Shown: positions 8,120-15,266 of the stretch, piece by piece | Numbering within the stretch: the stretch's first letter is position 1 | How the letters are laid out: every line of letters starts with the position of its first letter | NCBI RefSeq assembly: GCF_000020025.1 | Contig: NC_010632.1 | Span: 30,001-62,000, forward strand | Length of the DNA stretch: 32,000 nucleotides | Direction: 5' to 3' | Source of the DNA: Nostoc punctiforme PCC 73102 | GTDB taxonomy: Bacteria; Cyanobacteriota; Cyanobacteriia; Cyanobacteriales; Nostocaceae | Position numbers and translations under genes: made by a program | Notes under the pieces: generated by a model | Databases searched by the model: none | Told to the model about the DNA's origin: nothing | Seen by the model: only the letters and a program-made list of their open reading frames with translations

Positions 8120-9532
8120 ATGAAGCATTTACATCGGTTATTTAACCCACTTGCTTGGCCAATCGCTGCAAAAATTTCGGTAGCATTGGTTTGTGCTGTG
8201 TTGATACCGATGATCTTCACCGCCTACTACAATCTGCAACAGAGCTTAAACAGTGTAGAGGCTGGGGAATACCGCAAACTGGAATTGTTAGCTAGCAGTA
8301 GCGCTAGTCGCTTCGACCAGTTAATTATTGACCACCATCGTGTAGTTGCTCAAGTCAGTAATAATCGTCATGTAGTAGATTTCCTTGCTGCTGACACACC
8401 ACAAAAGCAAGAAGCTCACCGCGACAACCTGCAAGCAACACTACAAAACGTCCTACGCTCTCATCCAGATATTGATAATGTCTTGCTGATGGATAACAAA
8501 GGTGAGTGCCTTGCTGCAACAGATCCAAAATTCATTGGCGAAAACTATTCGATTATTCAAGATAACTTTTACGGATTTGGTAGCTTGGTGAGCCAAACAA
8601 TTGAAAATCCAGGAATGTTTTTCTCTGGGCGCGTGCGATCGCCTAATGGAGAGATTATGGGAACTACTCTACTCAATATTCGGGGGGAAGATATCTGGAA
8701 AACTATTAATGCTTTACATATAGACTTTCAGAGCAATATCTTCCTGATTGACCAACAGGGAGTAATCATTAGTCATGCTGATCCATCTCTTCTCTACCAT
8801 AGCCTCCTGATGCTACCAACTAAAACGCTAAAGCAGGCTGTTCAGAACAAACGTTACGGTGTGGATCGGGTTGAGAGCTTGGACATCCCCGAATTAAAGG
8901 TGATGGTGAGAGCCAAACAGCCAGGACACGCCACCTATCAATTACCGCGATCGCACATGGCACAGATAGTCGGCTTTGCACCTTTAGCAACGCAACCTTG
9001 GGTATTGGGAGTCAGCCAATCCAAAGCAGAGTTTAGCATTCCTTTGAATCGCCTGATTTGGCTCAATAGTACCAGCGTGGTAATAGTCGGCGGAATTACT
9101 GCAATCATAGCGCTGCTCTTGGGGCTAAGTATTTCCCGACCGATTCGCGCCCTCACCGTCGCCGCCCAAGCATTGGAAGATGACGATTTTGATTCTCATG
9201 TACTAGAACTCCATCAGAATTTAGCTCAATTTGCCCATAGTCAAGATGATATCGGTCAATTAATGTGTGTCTTTTTAGAGATGGCTGAGTCAGTCAGAAT
9301 GCGAGATCAGCGCCTAAAAGTCCAAGTACAGGAACTTTGCATTGAAATTAACGAAACCAAAAGAGCTAGCCACGTTGCCGAAATTACTGAAAATGAACAC
9401 TTTCAGCAATTACAACAAAAAATCCAAAAGCTTAGAGAACAGCAAGTTACACAAACCGAAACTGAGACAGAGTACTACCAAAGATTGCAGAATCAGGTGC
9501 AATCTCTCAAAGAGCGATCGCACGATCCCTGA
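8120..9532 (+). CDS. Membrane sensor: TM - double Cache/PDC-like periplasmic domain - TM - HAMP-like - coiled coil, with no enzymatic output domain
   Basis: TM1 is WPIAAKISVALVCAVLIPMIF. The ~280-aa extracytoplasmic region has two PDC-like signatures (VLLMDNKGECLAATDP...; IFLIDQQGVIISHADP...). TM2 is VVIVGGITAIIALLLGLSI. It is followed by SRPIRALTVAAQAL...DDIGQLMCVFLEMAESV (HAMP-like) and a Q/E-rich coiled-coil tail. Confidence 0.7.
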   Translation: MKHLHRLFNPLAWPIAAKISVALVCAVLIPMIFTAYYNLQQSLNSVEAGEYRKLELLASSSASRFDQLIIDHHRVVAQVSNNRHVVDFLAADTPQKQEAHRDNLQATLQNVLRSHPDIDNVLLMDNKGECLAATDPKFIGENYSIIQDNFYGFGSLVSQTIENPGMFFSGRVRSPNGEIMGTTLLNIRGEDIWKTINALHIDFQSNIFLIDQQGVIISHADPSLLYHSLLMLPTKTLKQAVQNKRYGVDRVESLDIPELKVMVRAKQPGHATYQLPRSHMAQIVGFAPLATQPWVLGVSQSKAEFSIPLNRLIWLNSTSVVIVGGITAIIALLLGLSISRPIRALTVAAQALEDDDFDSHVLELHQNLAQFAHSQDDIGQLMCVFLEMAESVRMRDQRLKVQVQELCIEINETKRASHVAEITENEHFQQLQQKIQKLREQQVTQTETETEYYQRLQNQVQSLKERSHDP

Positions 9533-9630
9533 GCCATTGAATTTATCGATTAGCGTTGATGGCAAGACTGAAAGTTTGGGAGATATTTAAAGGGAAAAAT
9601 TACTCTTGATTAATGACTTTGAGGTTAATT

Positions 9631-10419
9631 ATGGCACAGATTATTGCAGTTCATTCATTCCGTGGTGGCACTGGCAAATCCAACTTGATTGCTAATATGG
9701 CTGCTACTATGGCTTTGCAAGGACAACGTGTAGGCATTATTGATACTGATATTCAATCACCAGGAATTCACGTGATTTTTGGGATTAATGAAAACAAAAT
9801 GGAACGCACTCTCAATGATTATTTGTGGGGGTACTGTAATATTAAAGATGCTGCCTATGATGTTACTGAAGCTTTAGCTATAGAGCAGGGAAATACAAGT
9901 ACAGTTAAAGGTAGCCTTCATTTAGTTCCTTGTAGTATTAAAGCTAGTGAAATCGCCAGAGTTCTCCGGGAGGGATATGATGTCGTTCGGCTAAATGATG
10001 GTTTTCAAGAATTCATTCGTAGTCTGAAATTAGATTATCTGTTAATTGATACACATCCTGGTTTAAATGAAGAAACTTTGCTTTCTATTGGAATTTCTAA
10101 TGTTTTAGTAATTCTTTTACGTCCAGATCATCAAGACTTTCAAGGAACTGCCGTGACAGTCGATGTAGCTCGGAAGTTGAAAGTACCAAAAATGTTGTTA
10201 GTTATCAATAAAGTGCTGCCAAGCTTAAATTTTCTTGACTTGCAACAACAAGTAGAAAAAATATATAACGCTCCTGTCGTGGGGATTTTGCCTCTTTCAG
10301 AAGATATGGTACAGCTAGCAAGCAAAGGTCTTTTTTCTCTACGTTATCCTCAACATCCCATCAGTCAAACTATCAAAGGAATTACTAATCAGATTGCTAG
10401 TTTAGTCGTTAGTCATTAG
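9631..10419 (+). CDS. MinD/ParA-superfamily P-loop ATPase with variant deviant Walker A (RGGTGKS)
   Basis: MAQIIAVHSFRGGTGKSNLIANMA...IIDTD...LLIDTHPG. The ATG at 9631 has a GAGG 8 nt upstream, whereas the track start at 9613 lacks an SD and adds an atypical 6-aa extension. Confidence 0.8.
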   Translation: MAQIIAVHSFRGGTGKSNLIANMAATMALQGQRVGIIDTDIQSPGIHVIFGINENKMERTLNDYLWGYCNIKDAAYDVTEALAIEQGNTSTVKGSLHLVPCSIKASEIARVLREGYDVVRLNDGFQEFIRSLKLDYLLIDTHPGLNEETLLSIGISNVLVILLRPDHQDFQGTAVTVDVARKLKVPKMLLVINKVLPSLNFLDLQQQVEKIYNAPVVGILPLSEDMVQLASKGLFSLRYPQHPISQTIKGITNQIASLVVSH

Positions 10420-10439
10420 TTTTTTGCTTTTGTCCCTTT

Positions 10440-11651
10440 ATGAGGGCGATGTCTACGCTTATGAGCGATCTAAAATCATTTCGTACTGATGTTCTTACCG
10501 ACTTTGGAGCCACTGCTGCACAGGTAGAAGAATTATTGGTATACAATCAAAACGTCTTTGATCACAACACATTAACTGATAGAGTTAAGTTTCCCTTGAC
10601 TTCTGAACCCCATATACCTGCTTGGGAAGAATACGCTGTTTCAGCAAAAGTTTTAGGAGTATTTGAGGTACTCAAACAGCGATTAGTACAATTTCAATTT
10701 CCCATAATCGAGGGTATTAGCCAGACTGAAGCGTATCAGTCTGCTACTCGTCGGGGTGTTGCGACAGATGGGATGATTGCAACAGGCTTAGTCTTACAAG
10801 AACCTGAGAAACTGCAATTAATACTACATCAAAGCTTGGCTGGAACCATCCCAGTATTATTAACTGGAAACCGAGAGGACTTTGTTAGTTTAGTTCAAGC
10901 TTTGACAAAGCGAAATGAACCGCAGCCAGTCCCAAACTCTATGGGAGCCTGTATAGTTAGCGGTTTTAATAACTGGGATAGAATTCGCCAATATCGCCAA
11001 CAATGGTCGGCTGAAAATCCTGCTAATTGTTCTCAAAGTAGTTGGTTAGAAGAGTTTGGGCGGTTAATACCACAAAAACAGCTTTATCAGGATAAATTTA
11101 TTCTTTTGAGTAATAGTTCTTATAGTAATGTTTCAGCCAAAGATATAGGACTTGAAAAAGCACAATGGCAGCGTTTATCCTTGACAATTCGGCTGGAACA
11201 TGAATGCACTCACTACTTTACACGTCGGTTGTTTAATTCTATGCAAAATAATATATTCGACGAGTTAATTGCTGACTACAGAGGGATTGTAGCCGCTATT
11301 GGGACTTATCGAGCCGACTGGTTTTTGCACTTTTTGGGGTTGGAGTCTTTTCCTAATTATCGAGAGGGAGGTAGACTACAAAATTACCTCGGTAATCCGT
11401 CACTTTCTGATGGGGCTTTTAAGATTTTACAGGTATTAGTGAAAGCTGCTGCTGAAAATTTGCAGTCTTTTCATGTTGAGTATGTGAGCCAGTTGAGAGA
11501 TGCTAATATTCAACCCCTAATGTTAATAGCATTGACTAACTTGACGTTAGAAGAATTAGCTGATAAATCAGCTGATTTTCGTATTCAACAAATATTAAAT
11601 AATTTGCTGAATATTCAATCTACAGACAGGATTCAGGTCAAGGCCATTTAA
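10440..11651 (+). CDS. Hypothetical protein with an HExxH motif (possible metallopeptidase-like)
   Basis: 403 aa. A single HECTH sits in IRLEHECTHYFTRRLF, followed ~15 aa later by DELIAD. It starts 20 nt after the ParA-like gene. No family recognised. Confidence 0.6.
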   Translation: MRAMSTLMSDLKSFRTDVLTDFGATAAQVEELLVYNQNVFDHNTLTDRVKFPLTSEPHIPAWEEYAVSAKVLGVFEVLKQRLVQFQFPIIEGISQTEAYQSATRRGVATDGMIATGLVLQEPEKLQLILHQSLAGTIPVLLTGNREDFVSLVQALTKRNEPQPVPNSMGACIVSGFNNWDRIRQYRQQWSAENPANCSQSSWLEEFGRLIPQKQLYQDKFILLSNSSYSNVSAKDIGLEKAQWQRLSLTIRLEHECTHYFTRRLFNSMQNNIFDELIADYRGIVAAIGTYRADWFLHFLGLESFPNYREGGRLQNYLGNPSLSDGAFKILQVLVKAAAENLQSFHVEYVSQLRDANIQPLMLIALTNLTLEELADKSADFRIQQILNNLLNIQSTDRIQVKAI

Positions 11652-11774
11652 TTCTATATCTTGCCTATATTGACTATTCTCTTTTAGTTGTGTCCTTTGT
11701 AGTAATTTGTGACAAGTACTTCGGTATCTACGTTTTTAACAATTACCATTAGTAAGACATAGGGAAATTGATTT

Positions 11775-12869
11775 ATGACGGAAGTTTTACTTAAAGAATT
11801 AACTAATAGTGACATTGATTGGATGATTGCTACAGGTCATCAAAGAGAAATAACTGCTGGAAATTTACTTATCCAAGAAGGAAAAACTGCCGATTCTCTA
11901 CATATATTACTGGATGGAATTTTAACAGTTAGCATTTCTCAACCAGACAACAGCCCTTTGACTCGCGCTTTTGCAGCAATCGAAGGTGGTGAAATCTCAG
12001 GTCGGGAAATTGCGAGATTATTCAGTGGCGAAGTAGTGGGAGAACTACCATTGATAGGTAATCGCCCAACTGCTACAACTATTAAAGCTATAGAAAAATC
12101 ATTGGTGATGTCAATTCCTCAACAGAAATTGGCAGCAAAGTTGCAGCAAGACGTTGGTTTTGCTTCACGCTTTTATCGGGCGATCGCCATTATGCTTTCA
12201 GATAGACTACAAAGTATCATCAATCAGCTTGGTCGTAGCAACTTGGCGCAAGGTCAGCCCCTCAGAGATGTGCTATTTATTTTGGGAGAATTACATGATA
12301 GTGACATCGATTGGATGATGGCTTATGGCACTGTGCAAAAAATTCTTGTTAATACTACACTGATTCGTGAAAGAGGGACTGTAGATGCACTATATATTCT
12401 TTTAGATGGCATAATGTCTCTGTCTATTACTGAAGATAAACGTAATCCTTTAGCACGTGCTTTTGCTGCGATCGAGGGTCATGAAATTTCTGGTAGAGAA
12501 ATAGCAAGATTATCCAAAGGCGAAATTGTCGGTGAAACACCCTTTATTGATGGCCGTCTACCTTCTGCAACCGTTAAGACTATTGAAGACTCGATTGTTT
12601 TGTCGGTTCCCCGACAGGAAATGGCAGCAAAGTTACAACAAGATGTCGGATTTGCATCTCGTTTTTATCGTGTGATCGCTACTTTGCTTTCCCAGAGATT
12701 GCAAGGAACGTTGAGTCAACTTGGTTCTGGTAGGCGGGTTTATAGCCAAGGTTTGCCGTTGACTAAAAGTGCGGAATATGAGGATGAGTTGAATGATACC
12801 GTTTTAGATAGTGTGGCGATCGCAGGTAAAAGATTTGATTGGATGTTGGGGCGGTTAAAAGTAAGTTGA
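11775..12869 (+). CDS. Stand-alone tandem cyclic-nucleotide-binding (CAP/CNB) domain protein
   Basis: Two homologous halves each contain DIDWM..., LHILLDG/LYILLDG, GEVVGELPLI/GEIVGETPFI, ...ATTIKAIE/ATVKTIE and KLQQDVGFASRFYR. There is no output domain. Confidence 0.85.
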   Translation: MTEVLLKELTNSDIDWMIATGHQREITAGNLLIQEGKTADSLHILLDGILTVSISQPDNSPLTRAFAAIEGGEISGREIARLFSGEVVGELPLIGNRPTATTIKAIEKSLVMSIPQQKLAAKLQQDVGFASRFYRAIAIMLSDRLQSIINQLGRSNLAQGQPLRDVLFILGELHDSDIDWMMAYGTVQKILVNTTLIRERGTVDALYILLDGIMSLSITEDKRNPLARAFAAIEGHEISGREIARLSKGEIVGETPFIDGRLPSATVKTIEDSIVLSVPRQEMAAKLQQDVGFASRFYRVIATLLSQRLQGTLSQLGSGRRVYSQGLPLTKSAEYEDELNDTVLDSVAIAGKRFDWMLGRLKVS

Positions 12870-12884
12870 ATTACTGAGTATATA
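12674..12884 (+). repeat. Direct repeat copy A (3' end of the cNMP-binding gene plus ~15 nt downstream)
   Basis: Segment 12771-12884 aligns with 13581-13692 with about 11 mismatches counted by eye. Homology extends upstream to the GATCGCT at 12674, with a ~45-nt indel between two CAAGG pentamers. Confidence 0.75.
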
Positions 12885-12984
12885 GCAATCCTTGCAGGAG
12901 TTACGAATAAAAAGATTCTCGCTGGAGAGCAAAACAAATAGGATTGCTATAGTACTATAAATTGCTTAAACGCCAAGAGGGACA

Positions 12985-13182
12985 ATGACAATTAAAGAAC
13001 AAATTACACAAGAACTGGAAAAATTACCTGAACCACTGTTGCAGGAAATTTTAGATTTTGTTCAATTTTTGCAAACCAAACACCAGCAACATAATATACT
13101 AGAAATCACTCTTATGAGTGAATCATCGCTGCAAAAAGATTGGTTAAAACCAGAAGAAGAGGCAGCATGGCAGGATTTATAA
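12985..13182 (+). CDS. Antitoxin, DUF2281-like
   Basis: 65 aa. MTIKEQITQELEKLPEPLLQEILDFVQFLQTKH is the pattern I associate with DUF2281 antitoxins. AGAGGGA sits upstream of the ATG. The 3' end overlaps the toxin ATG by 16 nt. Confidence 0.7.
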   Translation: MTIKEQITQELEKLPEPLLQEILDFVQFLQTKHQQHNILEITLMSESSLQKDWLKPEEEAAWQDL

Positions 13183-13679
13183 AGGGCGATATTGTTATCG
13201 TTCCATTCCCATTCTCTGACTTAACTCAAACAAAACGCAGACCTGCTTTAGTTATTGCTACACTTCAGGGAAATGACCTGATTCTTTGCCAAATTACTAG
13301 TCAATCTGTTGGCGATATATACGCTATTCAACTGGATAACAGTGATTTTTACTCCGGTGGTTTAAATCAGCCAAGCAATATCAGACCAAATCGGCTTTTT
13401 ACTGCTGATCAGCAAATTATTTTATACAAAGCTGGTCAGATTAAACCTGAAAAATTAAGAGAAGTTATTAATAAAATTGTTAGAAATTATGATGATGAAT
13501 TGAAGAATAGCATTTTAGATGCTGTGGCGATCGCTATTCTACTTTCTCATAGACTACAAGGTTTGCTGCTAGCTGAGAGTGCAGAATATGACGATGAGTT
13601 GAATCATAGCGTTTTAGATGGTGGTGCGATCGCAGGGAAAAGATTTGATTGGATGCTGGGGCGGTTAAAAGTAAGTTGA
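13167..13679 (+). CDS. MazF/PemK-family toxin fused in frame to a duplicated C-terminal remnant of the cNMP-binding protein
   Basis: MAGFIKGDIVIVPFPFSDLTQTKRRPALVIA... is the canonical PemK/MazF N-terminus. The fold should end near residue ~107 (..INKIVRN). Residues ~108-170 (YDDELKNSILDAVAIA + ILLSHRLQGLLLAESAEYDDELNHSVLDGGAIAGKRFDWMLGRLKVS) copy the tail of the 11775-12869 product. The track start at 13140 was rejected in favour of the ATG at 13167. Confidence 0.75.
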   Translation: MAGFIKGDIVIVPFPFSDLTQTKRRPALVIATLQGNDLILCQITSQSVGDIYAIQLDNSDFYSGGLNQPSNIRPNRLFTADQQIILYKAGQIKPEKLREVINKIVRNYDDELKNSILDAVAIAILLSHRLQGLLLAESAEYDDELNHSVLDGGAIAGKRFDWMLGRLKVS

Positions 13680-13692
13680 ATTGCTGGGTATA
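13488..13692 (+). repeat. Direct repeat copy B (mosaic of cNMP-gene tail segments joined at a HIP1 site)
   Basis: 13488-13535 resembles 12777-12823. It is joined at GCGATCGCT (13527-13535) to a copy of 12674-12884. Confidence 0.7.
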
Positions 13693-13732
13693 GCAGCCCA
13701 CTACTTGATATCACTGGTAATATTGGTACTTG

Positions 13733-14161
13733 CTAGAGTCCTAGCTGATTGACATAAGCTGGTAGTGGCAATAGTTTATTTAATAGCACCTTGTCAGCCG
13801 TCCAGAACTCACCTTGTTCACCCTCAGCACAAGCTAAAAATGCGGCATCATAGAGCGTTGGTAGTTGATATTGTTCTGCAATTTCCCAAGCTCTGACTCT
13901 GAGCAACTGCTCGTTAATGTAATCTATGGGTAGATTACAAAAATCTAGATAACAGCCTTCTGCTTCTTCTATTGTCAGTAAACCCATCCTGACTTTCTTA
14001 CGTAATACTGAGCCTACTTCTGCCCAAGCAAAGCTGGGAATAACTAAACGTGTATGTCCCACAACTGCTTCCAGCACGAGATTATCTGCTAATGGTTCAT
14101 TTTCATCAGGTACAAGATAGGCCATAAGAACGCTTGTATCCAAGCATAGGACTTTATTCAC
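13733..14161 (-). CDS. vapC: PIN-domain toxin (VapC-type)
   Basis: VLCLDTSVLMAYL near the N-terminus, ...YDAAFLACAEG..., ...FWTADKVL. The GTG at 14161 overlaps the antitoxin stop (GTGAATAA) and puts the first Asp ~8 residues from the start. The ORF-track ATG at 14200 would overlap the antitoxin by 47 nt. Confidence 0.75.
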   Translation of the reverse strand: MNKVLCLDTSVLMAYLVPDENEPLADNLVLEAVVGHTRLVIPSFAWAEVGSVLRKKVRMGLLTIEEAEGCYLDFCNLPIDYINEQLLRVRAWEIAEQYQLPTLYDAAFLACAEGEQGEFWTADKVLLNKLLPLPAYVNQLGL

Positions 14162-14414
14162 TTCGCATATCCCCTTCTCTGAGGCTATGAATGAAAACAT
14201 TCACATCTGGGTGTACGCCAGTTCTAGCCTTGATTTTGGCACGTCTGGCTACGATGCTCTGATGAGTAACAATAGCCTGTCGTCGTTTAACCTCTCGTTC
14301 CACTGCTTCAACTACTAGCTCATTGAATGACTCTGAGCCATCTTTAAGATGTTTTGCTTTGCTTAACAGAGAAATAGGAAACCGGATTGTAACTGCTTCA
14401 CGTTCCATGTTCAT
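14154..14414 (-). CDS. vapB: RHH-type antitoxin (VapB-like)
   Basis: 86 aa. VTIRFPISLLSKAKHLKDGSESFNELVVEAVEREVKRR fits a ribbon-helix-helix. It lies immediately upstream of, and overlaps, the PIN gene. Confidence 0.65.
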   Translation of the reverse strand: MNMEREAVTIRFPISLLSKAKHLKDGSESFNELVVEAVEREVKRRQAIVTHQSIVARRAKIKARTGVHPDVNVFIHSLREGDMRSE

Positions 14415-14514
14415 TTATAGCATTCATATTGTGATATCTAATTATATAACCATTTTTTGGTGGAGATAGAAAGTCTAATGACTGTAGCAATTGACTATGA
14501 ACTCTAACGAAAAA

Positions 14515-14770
14515 AATTTAGTTTTACCTAAAAATTGTGCATTGTGTTTAAAAGTTGCTTGATCTGCTTGGCAATTTTATCTAGCGATCGCTATTTTGCT
14601 TTAAAATCTAATTTCACCTAAAAATTGTGCATTGTATTCAAAAGTCGCTTTGGAGCAGAATATTATTTTGGCTTAGTACTGTTCTCGTGCAATCGCTATT
14701 TTGATTCTAAATCTAGTTTTATCTAAAAATTGTGCATTACATCTAAATTTTAAAGGCGCTATTATTTGTT
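14515..14770. repeat. Three degenerate tandem repeat units upstream of the RiPP precursor genes
   Basis: The core (C/T)CTAAAAATTGTGCATT occurs at 14527-14545, 14617-14635 and 14721-14740, each preceded by AAAT(C/T)TA(A/G)TTT. A second box, CGCTATT(T/A)TTTG, starts at 14589, 14694 and 14757. Confidence 0.65.
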
Positions 14771-14793
14771 GTAACAAACAGCACAAATATAAT
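14766..14793 (+). promoter_or_regulatory. Candidate sigma70-type promoter for the precursor genes
   Basis: TTGTTG (14766-14771), a 16-nt spacer, then a perfect TATAAT (14788-14793), ~73 nt upstream of the ATG at 14866. The background is AT-rich, so a chance match is plausible. Confidence 0.25.
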
Positions 14794-14865
14794 GTTTATT
14801 GGTTGTTATCAACATTCAATGAACATAAAAACTTACTTTGTCTTTAAATTCAGTTAGGAGAAATT

Positions 14866-15054
14866 ATGTCTACCCCAAACGAAAATCAAAACCCTAAACA
14901 GGCAAGTGACTATATCGAAATTAATGAAGATGGAGAACTAGTAGTTAAAGATCCTAAATTAGCAGAGTCACTTCAAGAGCTAACTCCTGAAGAACTTGAG
15001 CAGATTGCTGGTGGAGATAATGGCAATTGTAACTGTAATGTAAAACAAAGATAA
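14866..15054 (+). CDS. RiPP precursor peptide 1: 50-aa double-glycine leader + 12-aa core DNGNCNCNVKQR
   Basis: RBS TAGGAGAAATT precedes the ATG. The leader ends LQELTPEELEQIAGG, a classic GG cleavage motif for C39-ABC exporters. A paralogue follows 213 nt downstream. Confidence 0.8.
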   Translation: MSTPNENQNPKQASDYIEINEDGELVVKDPKLAESLQELTPEELEQIAGGDNGNCNCNVKQR

Positions 15055-15096
15055 TAAGTGTGACGTTTATTGCTTACAGGTAATCCCTTAATTAAG

Positions 15097-15172
15097 CAAA
15101 CAGAATTAATTACATATTTATTCTTTGCTGGACAACAATTTCAACCTAGTTTTGTTGAATTAATTCTGTTTG
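15097..15172 (+). promoter_or_regulatory. Perfect 15-bp inverted repeat (stem-loop) between the two precursor genes
   Basis: CAAACAGAATTAATT (15097-15111) pairs with AATTAATTCTGTTTG (15158-15172) across a 46-nt loop. No U-tract follows. Confidence 0.5.
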
Positions 15173-15266
15173 GCGACTTGTACGCCACTTTCGTAAATCC
15201 TCTGAGCATCGAAATATCCATCTTTTGTGCTTATAAACCTCGTTTTTGAATCACTTAGGAGAAATC

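Noticed and set aside
9613-9630. Upstream ATG at 9613 as the start of the ParA-like gene
   Set aside because: It has no SD and adds MTLRLI before the canonical MAQIIAV..GGxGKS N-terminus. The ATG at 9631 has a GAGG upstream.
8938-10325. ORFs 8938-9156 (-), 9342-9590 (+) and 10140-10325 (-)
   Set aside because: They are embedded in or out of frame with the Cache sensor and ParA-like genes, which have clear motifs. These are shadow ORFs.
12740-12937. Minus-strand ORF 12740-12937
   Set aside because: It is antisense to the cNMP gene tail and runs through the inverted repeat, with no support.
13140-13166. ORF-track start at 13140 (MVKTRRRGS...) for the MazF-like gene
   Set aside because: MazF/PemK proteins begin a few residues before GDIV..V.FPFSD. 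The ATG at 13167 gives that, and it gives the usual short overlap with the antitoxin.
14162-14200. ATG at 14200 as the VapC start
   Set aside because: It would overlap the antitoxin gene by 47 nt and add 13 atypical residues. The GTG at 14161 gives the classic overlapping junction. This choice is not certain.
14515-14770. CRISPR array interpretation of the three repeats
   Set aside because: The repeats are degenerate, AT-rich and unevenly spaced (~90 and ~105 nt), and no cas genes are present. A CRP/NtcA-type palindrome (TGTGA-N6-TCACA or GTA-N8-TAC) is also not present in the TGTGCATT core.
15246-15266. TTG start at 15246 for precursor 2
   Set aside because: The ATG at 15267 has the same RBS and N-terminus (MS-x-PNENQ) as precursor 1.
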